In this document: in pieces, positions 26,338 through 34,752 of the stretch
Numbering within the stretch: position 1 is the first letter of the stretch
Layout of the letters: each line of letters opens with the position of its first letter
Assembly (NCBI GenBank): GCA_032123335.1
Contig: JAQBFN010000043.1
Coordinates: forward strand, 1 to 38,321
Direction of reading: 5' to 3'
Source of the DNA: Candidatus Micrarchaeota archaeon
Lineage (GTDB): Archaea > Micrarchaeota > Micrarchaeia > Anstonellales > Bilamarchaeaceae
Length of the DNA: 38,321 nt
Notes under the pieces: model-generated
Seen by the model: only the letters and a program-made list of their open reading frames with translations
Told to the model about the DNA's origin: nothing
Databases searched by the model: none
Translations under genes and position numbers: made by a program

Positions 26338-27356
26338 AAAAACTGCTGATGATGCTCCTGGTGCTGTTTTCGCTTTCCTTTGCTGCAGCTGGGGATGCGG
26401 ACTGGCAGGTGCTTGCATTCATCGCAGCATTCATCGCGCTCATGGTCCTGATAATGCTGTACATGTTCAGCTACCTTGCGGATTCAAGGGAGATGCGGCT
26501 TCTTGCAACAAAGGAGCTTTACCAGGTAATCGTTGCGCTCTTCTTTATCGCGGTTTTCTCCGTGGTTGAGATTACTACCACCGAGCTTATCGCAACCCCG
26601 CTTGCAGAATCCTTTACTGCTGATGATGCCGGAATCACAAACCTCATTGAGGCGGCAATAATGGTAAGCGATGGCATGGCTTCATATTTCTGGGAATACA
26701 CCCAGACAATAACCACCGATGTTACGATGCAGCTGGGGAGCCTCGCATCCCTCTCTGGCACCTGCTCCTTCCTCGGAACCAGCTTCACTTACCCGGGATG
26801 CATAGGAATCCAGGTTCCCTATACTTCGATGTCCCTTGCAACCACTGCAATGGTTTCCGCACTCCTTGTGCAGAATTCCCAGACAATGCTCCTGATACTT
26901 ACAAAAACATTCCTTTTCCCAGTGCTGCTCCCGCTTGGAATATTCCTGAGGACCTTCCAGTTTACCCGGGGCGCAGGAGGCTTCCTGATGGCGATTGGAG
27001 TTGCATTTTATTTCATCTATCCCCTCTCAGTAATTGCAACAAAGGGGATGCTGGATGCGGTTGAGATGCGTGACCCTGTGATTCCTTACATAGATGCTCC
27101 CACCCAGGATTATGATGCGGGCTCCTGGGATGTTTCAGGGGACTGCAATCCTTTCGATATGGACCCTTCATATACTCAAAACCAGGTAGACAATGTGCTA
27201 GATGACGACTTTATTGATCCCCTGCTGTTTTACTATATAGTAGGGGGGCTGTTCACTACTATGCTGAACCTGATGATAACGCTTTCCGCGGTAAGGGGCC
27301 TTGCCTCCATATTCGGTGCGGAAGTTGACATCTCAGGCCTTGCGAGGATTTCATGA
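26334..27356 (+). CDS. CedA/VirB6-like polytopic membrane protein, paralog 4
   Basis: LLATKELYQ, LPLGIFLRTFQFTRGAGGFLMAIGVAFYFIYP and FGAEVDISGLARIS. Confidence 0.65.
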   Translation: MKKLLMMLLVLFSLSFAAAGDADWQVLAFIAAFIALMVLIMLYMFSYLADSREMRLLATKELYQVIVALFFIAVFSVVEITTTELIATPLAESFTADDAGITNLIEAAIMVSDGMASYFWEYTQTITTDVTMQLGSLASLSGTCSFLGTSFTYPGCIGIQVPYTSMSLATTAMVSALLVQNSQTMLLILTKTFLFPVLLPLGIFLRTFQFTRGAGGFLMAIGVAFYFIYPLSVIATKGMLDAVEMRDPVIPYIDAPTQDYDAGSWDVSGDCNPFDMDPSYTQNQVDNVLDDDFIDPLLFYYIVGGLFTTMLNLMITLSAVRGLASIFGAEVDISGLARIS

Positions 27357-27366
27357 GGTTGATTGA

Positions 27367-28425
27367 ATGATTGATTCCGGAGCTGTATACTCACTTTCCC
27401 TTTTCGCGGCTATGATTACAATGCTGCTAATGGGAATAGTGTATGCGCTGGGCTCGCTGCTCCAGAACCCCCGCCTTACGGTTTGGGTGAAAACCGAAAT
27501 CTTCCACGTTTTCGTGAGCATCGCATTGGTATTCATAACTCTTTTCCTTGTGGGGCTCGTGGGAGCGGGCTCCGCTGGCGATTTCTCGATTGAGGCTGGC
27601 GCAATAACGGACCTTGCTTCGGAAAGCATGCAGTACAACCATCCCAGCATAGGTGGAGACGACACAGTATATGAAGTATCTACCGCTTACATGACCAATG
27701 TTGCGTTCTTTGCGCACAAATCAGTGAGGGGAGTAAGGGCAGTAATGGGCGCATTTGATGAGTACTCAAAATACAGCAAGCAGCCCTGCCTCCCCGGCTG
27801 GCTATTCTGCCTGATGGGGCACAATGGGGCAAGCATGCGTCCCCTGAGCGGAGCCGCAGCACTCTACCAGTCCGGAAACATGCTTCTCTACATGACCACT
27901 GCATCTTACCTCACTGTTCTTGCGCAGCTTATGCTCCTGGATTTCGTAAAAGCCGGAGTGCTCGCAATCTATCTCCCAATAGCAATTGTTTTGCGCTCCC
28001 TGCCGTTTATGCGGCAATTCGGTGGAGGGTTACTTGCAATCGTAATCTCGCTTTCAATTATTTATCCCGCACTGCTCTTTGTTGAGGCATCCTTCTGGAA
28101 CCCCTGGGCAATACTGCCCGGAGTTGATACTGCCCAGAACCTGGAAAACCAGGGGGACTACAAAGAGGTAAAGAACCTTGTAAGCGATGTAGAGGGGAAT
28201 TCGGATGCAATTGCCTATGGAGACCTTTACTTCATGTATGGGGAGTATGAGTTTGATGACATTTTGGAAAGAATGGACAGTGTGATAATGATGGCTTCGG
28301 CATCATTCCTTGTTTCCACATTCCTCTTCACATTCAACATAATCGCGGTAACTGCGTCTGCCCGCTCGTTCGGGAGGCTGCTCGGTGCTGATGTGGACCT
28401 CAGCAGGCTGGTGCAAATCGTATAG
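27367..28425 (+). CDS. CedA/VirB6-like polytopic membrane protein, paralog 5
   Basis: VWVKTEIFH, LPIAIVLRSLPFMRQFGGGLLAIVISLSIIYP and LGADVDLSRLVQIV. Confidence 0.65.
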   Translation: MIDSGAVYSLSLFAAMITMLLMGIVYALGSLLQNPRLTVWVKTEIFHVFVSIALVFITLFLVGLVGAGSAGDFSIEAGAITDLASESMQYNHPSIGGDDTVYEVSTAYMTNVAFFAHKSVRGVRAVMGAFDEYSKYSKQPCLPGWLFCLMGHNGASMRPLSGAAALYQSGNMLLYMTTASYLTVLAQLMLLDFVKAGVLAIYLPIAIVLRSLPFMRQFGGGLLAIVISLSIIYPALLFVEASFWNPWAILPGVDTAQNLENQGDYKEVKNLVSDVEGNSDAIAYGDLYFMYGEYEFDDILERMDSVIMMASASFLVSTFLFTFNIIAVTASARSFGRLLGADVDLSRLVQIV

Positions 28426-28433
28426 GTGTATTC

Positions 28434-29609
28434 ATGAAATCCAAAGAAACATCCGGTGCTTTTCCTGGGGCGAGAGTCCTCCTTATCCTATCACTATTCC
28501 TGTTTGCCCTTCCTGCAGTGCACGCTTCCTTTGGAGAGGAAATTGATGCGGAAACGCTTGAGGAGATGACCGGGGAGCAGAAATTCGAGTACATATTCTC
28601 TTCTGAGGGAACAGGGCAGAGCCAGTTCATAAATGAGGCCTGGGGAGAATTCGACAACTGGAGCTGGTCGTTCATCTGCATCTTCGCAGTCCTGATTTCG
28701 ATGCTTGCCCATGGAATCCTTTACATAATCGGGAAATCCATTGGCGCAAGGGGGCTCCAGAGATACGCGCTTACCGAAATGATACAGGTTTCCGCAACAG
28801 CGGTAATGCTTATTGCGCTCGTTGGCCTCATCATCGGTGCATTTGACCTCACAAGCGAGATGTTTGGGGGCACAATAACCTGCCAGGGCGAGTCTATCGC
28901 AGACCCGATACGCGGGGACATGTGCAGAACCGCAGAGCTCATGACCGCAGCAAACAAGCTTTACAAATATGCATATGCTGCCTCCGTTGCCGCAGAGATG
29001 AAATATTCACTTAGCATATACATGTTCGGGTTCCCGATTTACCAGGGGGCCTGGAACTCTGCATGGCACAAGGAAATTGAAACCCTTTATTACCTGGGCC
29101 ACACAACAGTGGAACTGATGTTCTTCCTTTCCGCAAAAATGTTCATGCTCAAATATATCCAGGAGAATATGCTGCAGTTCTTCCTTCCCCTGGGAATAAT
29201 CCTGCGCACATTCCACTTTACCCGGGGCATAGGAGGCTTCTTCATAGCAATAGGCATAGGATTCTACTTCATTTACCCAACAGTAGTGTTCATGATGGAC
29301 AGCAGTTTTGTTGCAACCACCTCCGCGCCTGAACTTCCAGACATACTTACCACGGGAATGTGCAACCTTCCAATGTTTGGGAGCTTCTCTTTTGGCTCCG
29401 CTGCACTTGAATCCTCAAACATAGGTGCATCCGCATCCAACCTATCGCTTTCGCACAATATTGGTTCTTTTATTGCAAACATGTATACCCACCTTCTCTT
29501 CAGCAATATGGTGGCTTTTGCAATGACGCTTACATTCGTTAGATTTGCTACAACCATACTTGGAGGGGACATAGTTCCATTCATGGGCATGGTAGGGAGG
29601 CTGGTATGA
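28434..29609 (+). CDS. CedA/VirB6-like polytopic membrane protein, paralog 6
   Basis: RYALTEMIQ, LPLGIILRTFHFTRGIGGFFIAIGIGFYFIYP and LGGDIVPFMGMVGRLV. Confidence 0.65.
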   Translation: MKSKETSGAFPGARVLLILSLFLFALPAVHASFGEEIDAETLEEMTGEQKFEYIFSSEGTGQSQFINEAWGEFDNWSWSFICIFAVLISMLAHGILYIIGKSIGARGLQRYALTEMIQVSATAVMLIALVGLIIGAFDLTSEMFGGTITCQGESIADPIRGDMCRTAELMTAANKLYKYAYAASVAAEMKYSLSIYMFGFPIYQGAWNSAWHKEIETLYYLGHTTVELMFFLSAKMFMLKYIQENMLQFFLPLGIILRTFHFTRGIGGFFIAIGIGFYFIYPTVVFMMDSSFVATTSAPELPDILTTGMCNLPMFGSFSFGSAALESSNIGASASNLSLSHNIGSFIANMYTHLLFSNMVAFAMTLTFVRFATTILGGDIVPFMGMVGRLV

Positions 29610-32600
29610 TGAAAAAACTTCTATTGTTCCTGGTAATTTTTGCTTCGTTTGTTTTGATTATGGGATGCAGCGCACCTGCATATCAGCCCTGCTGCATATT
29701 CGCAAATGCAACTAATGAAACCAACCCCATCTGCGATGGCGGCATTGACCCGGAAACAGGGTTCCCCATGGTGTGGGAACTTGCCCCTGATGCGTGCGAT
29801 GTGGATGCATGGGCCTGTAAAGTTTATGTGGAAGATGCAGAGGGAAACCAACTATTTGATGGGGGAAACCCGGTAATCTCCGAAGTGCCTATCTGCCCAA
29901 AGCTTGATGAAGTGCACTGCAACACAACCTGCTCAGGGGTTTTCTGCGGCTCCTTCGGGTTCGACCCCCGCCCCGGGGCCTCATCAGTTTCAGGGAATTC
30001 CGTATATCCTGCCCCTGAAGAAGGGGAATCGGATGAGAGCGGGAAGGCGTTTCCTCCTGAGCCTGCAGGAATGTGGCACTCGCAGTGCGCAGTGCAGAAC
30101 ATAACGCCCAAATTCCTCAGGCACATTGAAAATTCTGATTCAATAACCCTGAACACGCTCAGGTTCGGGATAGGAAATTCCTTCCAGGACTTTGAGGATG
30201 CCCAAGTATATTTCCCGATTACTGACAAGGCATGCGGCCTTAACCCGATTGGGTGGGTGGACAGGTACCTGCTTTATGCAATCCCGAACACGGTTCCTAA
30301 TGGGGACCTTCTCTGTAGGTGGGGAGGAGAGCCTGGACCGGACTGCGAATGGTATCCATACACCTGTGTAGCAGATGATACAATCCATGCGCAGCAATAT
30401 TTTGAGTGTGCAGCAAGATGCGCGCTCAGCACGTATGGTTATATTCCTGAAATAGAGCCATATAATCCTTATCCCACCAAAAATGAGGAAGGGGACCTTG
30501 TAGGGAACCCATTTGCGTACGGCCCGGACTCAGGAGTGCTGGGCACTACTTATGACCATATGTACCTGGAGAACAGTGCAAGGGGCGCTGTAAGGCCCCT
30601 GGTTGCAGGGGATGTTGACGATTACACGTCAGGGGTAACGCTGTACGGGGCAACCTTTGCAGGAAACGGCATCTCCTTTGCCACGGATGGGACCGAGCAT
30701 ACCCTGATGGCTTTCCTTGCGGAAGTATCCTCTGTGGACGGTGAGTATGATTCAATACCCAAAGTGAGCAGGGCCGCAAGCACATTCAATGAGCCCTATT
30801 CCGACAATGATTATACTAATAGCGAGATATACAGGTTTATACCATATTATTATGAGTGGCTTCTTCATTATGAGATTTTTGGATTTTCCATTGAGGAAAG
30901 CCTAGCAAAAACCGCATTCATTACGATAGAGGAAAACCCGCATGCATTCTATGCATGGCTCCTCTCCCACCACTCTGTGTATTCCCAGCAGCTTGTGAGC
31001 GGGCACCTCCAGCCGGATGGCAGCTCTGCCCCGGGTGCAGAGTTTGAATGCACAGGCGCCCAGGACTGCCTTTCCGGATACTGCAATACTTTTGACTACA
31101 ATAGGGGGACCTGTGTTTCCCAGGAAGGGACCGCACTCCCTTGTGACTGCAGGGAAACAATGAATGGGGTTGTGTGCAGAGGTTCCAAGGCCCAGGAGAT
31201 CCCTACTTGGGACAGGCCGGATGATGACTATTATACTACTACTGTTTACCGCCCGCTTCCCGCACCCGTATCCTATTACAAGAACGTGGGAGAAGATACA
31301 GCGGACGCAAAGCGCATAACAATGCTTCCCTCTTTGGGAACCGTGGAAGTGCTTCCTGCAGAAGGAAGTGGCACCCCGCTCCCGATCCTGGTTCTGCACG
31401 TTGGGGGGGTTGGGGAAGATGCCCAATGGATTGGCTCTTATAATGATGAAGGATTCCCGCTCCCAACCTATGATGCGATGAGCAAGGGAAGAATTATTGA
31501 AAGCGGCGCATCCCTTGGGCTGGAGGGGGATGCATGCACATTCCTCAAACAGATAATCAACCCCAACTCTGCAGGGATTGTTCCAGACCCCTATCTTGAT
31601 GAAGATAGCTATGAGGGGCAAGAAGAAGAATGCTGGATGTCTTCCTGGGTGATGGCAGGGGAAAGTGACTGCAGCAACGTCCTTTGTTCATCCGTAGGAG
31701 GGTACGGAGTTGAATGGACCGAGATAGATTACAACCCAACCGGCCAGGATTATCCGATTATCCAGGGTTTCTGGAGGAACATGGCGGACGGGGACCCGTA
31801 CATAGAGGCAATCTGCGACGTAACTGTTTACGGAGGTTGCGGCCCGTATGGGGATTATGAATGCATGGGAGACGCGGAGAAGTGTGATGACAACACTTTC
31901 CGGTACCAGAACAACAGGTATACTTCAACACTTTTTGATTCATGCATTGGCTCCAACGAAAATCTCAATAATGAATATGTTTCGACCACATACCTCTGCT
32001 TCAGCAAATCCGCCCAGGATGAGTATGGCCTTCCGGTAGGCTTCAGGCAGGATTGGATTGGTTCAATGCATTATTTCGATATTTTCCTGGATGAAATCAA
32101 CCCATTATATACTGGTGATGTTTGCAGGAGAATAAGCGACCTTGCGGATGATGAGGATACCCGCGCAGCATACAATAGCGTAGTCTGCTATGAGTGGGCA
32201 TCCGGAGGCAGGAAGGCAGTCTCCTCAGAGGATATCTGTGTTGCGGAGGCTCTTGCATATGTTGTTGCAGTCCCACATATCGTAATGGACAAGTATGGAG
32301 TGCAAGATGAGTATGTGGGAAGGCTTGCAATAGGGAACTGCATGCTCAATGCAAAGGGAGACGATCTTGAAGTAACCACCCATGGAGTTTGCGAAAGCTG
32401 CGGCTACCTTACCATGGCAAAGGAGCACCTGGTTGCACTTCCCGCGGATTCCGATGACCCGGGCTATGATGATATGGACAAGATGTCCTACAACCACTAC
32501 TGCCCGAACATGGTTGTGAAAAGCCCACAGACTCTCTTTAGCCTGGAATCCGGCACAGCCAACCGCGGAAGCAATATATTCGATTGGAGATTCTACCAGC

Positions 32601-34744
32601 TTGGCCCCTACCAGCAATTTGTTGACTACCAAGTCGGGAGCAACGAGTGGTATGGAAACGATGATTTTGACAGGTGCATTTACCCGAACGGGGAGGTAGT
32701 TGTTGATGACATCACTCCCACGAACAATGCGATTGACAACCCGCAAAGAGGGCTTCCCTACATCCTTCCGAATGCATTCTACGTAAACCAGAAGCTCGAA
32801 AGCCTGATGGTGAGGAATGTGCAGCCGGTTATTTTTGCGGATGATTCAGACCTCTGGGTGAAGGACCTGGGGGATGGGGACTACCTTCTGGAAATGAAGG
32901 TAGAAGATGATGAGGTAAAATGGAGCACCGCGGAGCACCTGGAGAACATGTTCCTGCAGAACCCGGAAGTCTTCATGGTGTATGAAGATGAGATCCTGGA
33001 AGATGACTATTATTATAGGCTCAGGGGAAGCTTCCTTGCAAATTCAATATTCAATGAGGGTGCAGCGATACTAGTGCTGAAGGTTTCTCCTCCTGATTCC
33101 TCCCTTATTGGGAGTACGGTGCACACAAGGACCGTTTCAACCCGCGTTCTCTGCCCCAACTGCATGACATCTGTTGCATTTGGCTACAAGGGAACAGATA
33201 CCGATTCCATTAATGACAACAGCACAGCGCTTTTTGAGCAGATAGGGGCGCTCCTGGAATACAAAAATGCTTCAAGCTCTGCGCTCATAACTGACCCGGG
33301 CATACGGCTTTCCTGCGACAGCCCAGAAATAACCTGTGATTCGCTGATGATGAAGGATGTTGATGCAATTTCCGTGAACCTTCTGTTGGGTGACGGGGAT
33401 GACTACTGTTCCATGGATGGCTTGGAGCGCTATGAAGTTATCTATGATTCCATACTGGAGATTGGGCTCGCTAATCTGCAGCGCTATGGAAAGCCCACCG
33501 TTATTACAGATTTGATTATTGACCGAAGCGGAAGCTGCTGGGATGAGGAAAGCGCATCAGAATTCATGGTCCATTTAGGAACCAAAAGCAGGACCCTTGC
33601 AAAAGCAGGATTCCTTGGTGTTATCTATGGAGATTGGGAAAGCTCTGCAGACACCACGGGAATCCGCTTTGATTCCAAGGATTCAATCGGCGCGTACAGG
33701 GGAGAATTTTATGAAGGAATGTTTATCTCTGCAAGGAACTTCGCAGGCTACAAGCTGCAAACCCTGTACAATGAGGTTCCAACCACAAGCTTCTGCACAT
33801 GTTCTCCCTGCACTTCAAGCGATGACCCGAGAATCTGCAATGGGCACTTTATGGGCAGCCTTGATGCCCCAATTTGCTCTGGATATGAAGGCGGCACTTA
33901 TGTCAAGTGGAACGAGGACTGCATCACCGAAGAGGTATGCATGCCTCCTGAAGAACTGGAAACAGTAACAGTGGAGTGCGAGATTACCTACAACAACGGC
34001 ACCATTGAGACCGTGGAGCATGAAGGCGCACACATAGTGGAATTCCCCGGAGGATACAAGGATGTTATTGCTTCCATATCTGCGCCAGAAATCCCCTGCT
34101 TTGACATTGGGGACCGCAACCTCAGTTTCCGCACCCTTGGAACCGCGAACTACCTTCCCACCCCTTCAGTATTCTCAATGGATGGGAACCTTAGCGTGAA
34201 GTGCGACCCCATTGAGGGCGTAGGGGAAATCTGCGGGTATACTCCACCAATAAGCGATTATGCACAGGAGTGCAAAATCGTGAAGCCGTCCACTGGGATG
34301 TGGGTTATATTTGAAGATACGCCTTCATGCGGTGATTCTCCGCTGCCCGTTTCGTGCACTGATGATGATGACTGCCCGGATGCATACTGGTGCGGCATTA
34401 ATGGGTACTGCAAGAACTGGTGCAACATAGATGACGACTGCCCAGGGGAAGCATACTGCGAGGATTTCACGTGCCTGCTTACATGTGAGGATGATTCTGA
34501 TTGTGAATCCGGAGTATGTGGATATGATGGCACCTGTGAATCTCCCGAAGCTTGTGAAACTAATGCAGACTGCCCGGTGGGCACATACTGCTTTGATGGG
34601 CAGTGCTACGTTGGAGGATGCCTTAGCCAGTCTAACCCGGACCAATACTGCATAGATTTATTTGGAGCGGGGTGGTATTGCGGGGACAATCCATCTTATG
34701 AGGCTGAATATGATACCTGTGTTGCAGAGGTAATAATTGAATAG
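29606..34744 (+). CDS. giant (1712 aa) acidic Cys-rich exported/lipoprotein, putative adhesin
   Basis: Signal peptide ending in a lipobox-like IMGC, very many Cys, no internal TM. Possible (beta/alpha)8-like region at about 32800-33750; C-terminal CxxDxDC repeats. Confidence 0.8.
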   Translation: MMKKLLLFLVIFASFVLIMGCSAPAYQPCCIFANATNETNPICDGGIDPETGFPMVWELAPDACDVDAWACKVYVEDAEGNQLFDGGNPVISEVPICPKLDEVHCNTTCSGVFCGSFGFDPRPGASSVSGNSVYPAPEEGESDESGKAFPPEPAGMWHSQCAVQNITPKFLRHIENSDSITLNTLRFGIGNSFQDFEDAQVYFPITDKACGLNPIGWVDRYLLYAIPNTVPNGDLLCRWGGEPGPDCEWYPYTCVADDTIHAQQYFECAARCALSTYGYIPEIEPYNPYPTKNEEGDLVGNPFAYGPDSGVLGTTYDHMYLENSARGAVRPLVAGDVDDYTSGVTLYGATFAGNGISFATDGTEHTLMAFLAEVSSVDGEYDSIPKVSRAASTFNEPYSDNDYTNSEIYRFIPYYYEWLLHYEIFGFSIEESLAKTAFITIEENPHAFYAWLLSHHSVYSQQLVSGHLQPDGSSAPGAEFECTGAQDCLSGYCNTFDYNRGTCVSQEGTALPCDCRETMNGVVCRGSKAQEIPTWDRPDDDYYTTTVYRPLPAPVSYYKNVGEDTADAKRITMLPSLGTVEVLPAEGSGTPLPILVLHVGGVGEDAQWIGSYNDEGFPLPTYDAMSKGRIIESGASLGLEGDACTFLKQIINPNSAGIVPDPYLDEDSYEGQEEECWMSSWVMAGESDCSNVLCSSVGGYGVEWTEIDYNPTGQDYPIIQGFWRNMADGDPYIEAICDVTVYGGCGPYGDYECMGDAEKCDDNTFRYQNNRYTSTLFDSCIGSNENLNNEYVSTTYLCFSKSAQDEYGLPVGFRQDWIGSMHYFDIFLDEINPLYTGDVCRRISDLADDEDTRAAYNSVVCYEWASGGRKAVSSEDICVAEALAYVVAVPHIVMDKYGVQDEYVGRLAIGNCMLNAKGDDLEVTTHGVCESCGYLTMAKEHLVALPADSDDPGYDDMDKMSYNHYCPNMVVKSPQTLFSLESGTANRGSNIFDWRFYQLGPYQQFVDYQVGSNEWYGNDDFDRCIYPNGEVVVDDITPTNNAIDNPQRGLPYILPNAFYVNQKLESLMVRNVQPVIFADDSDLWVKDLGDGDYLLEMKVEDDEVKWSTAEHLENMFLQNPEVFMVYEDEILEDDYYYRLRGSFLANSIFNEGAAILVLKVSPPDSSLIGSTVHTRTVSTRVLCPNCMTSVAFGYKGTDTDSINDNSTALFEQIGALLEYKNASSSALITDPGIRLSCDSPEITCDSLMMKDVDAISVNLLLGDGDDYCSMDGLERYEVIYDSILEIGLANLQRYGKPTVITDLIIDRSGSCWDEESASEFMVHLGTKSRTLAKAGFLGVIYGDWESSADTTGIRFDSKDSIGAYRGEFYEGMFISARNFAGYKLQTLYNEVPTTSFCTCSPCTSSDDPRICNGHFMGSLDAPICSGYEGGTYVKWNEDCITEEVCMPPEELETVTVECEITYNNGTIETVEHEGAHIVEFPGGYKDVIASISAPEIPCFDIGDRNLSFRTLGTANYLPTPSVFSMDGNLSVKCDPIEGVGEICGYTPPISDYAQECKIVKPSTGMWVIFEDTPSCGDSPLPVSCTDDDDCPDAYWCGINGYCKNWCNIDDDCPGEAYCEDFTCLLTCEDDSDCESGVCGYDGTCESPEACETNADCPVGTYCFDGQCYVGGCLSQSNPDQYCIDLFGAGWYCGDNPSYEAEYDTCVAEVIIE
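34355..34606 (+). repeat. four tandem Cys-rich CxxD/NxDC protein repeats
   Basis: CTDDDDCPDAYWCGINGYC, CNIDDDCPGEAYCEDFTC, CEDDSDCESGVCGYDGTC and CETNADCPVGTYCFDGQC. Confidence 0.8.
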
Positions 34745-34752
34745 GTGAAAAC

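Noticed and set aside
30902..32746. Long antisense ORFs (239 aa and 173 aa) inside the 1712-aa gene, and similar ones elsewhere
   Set aside because: No recognisable motifs; explained by codon bias of the sense gene.
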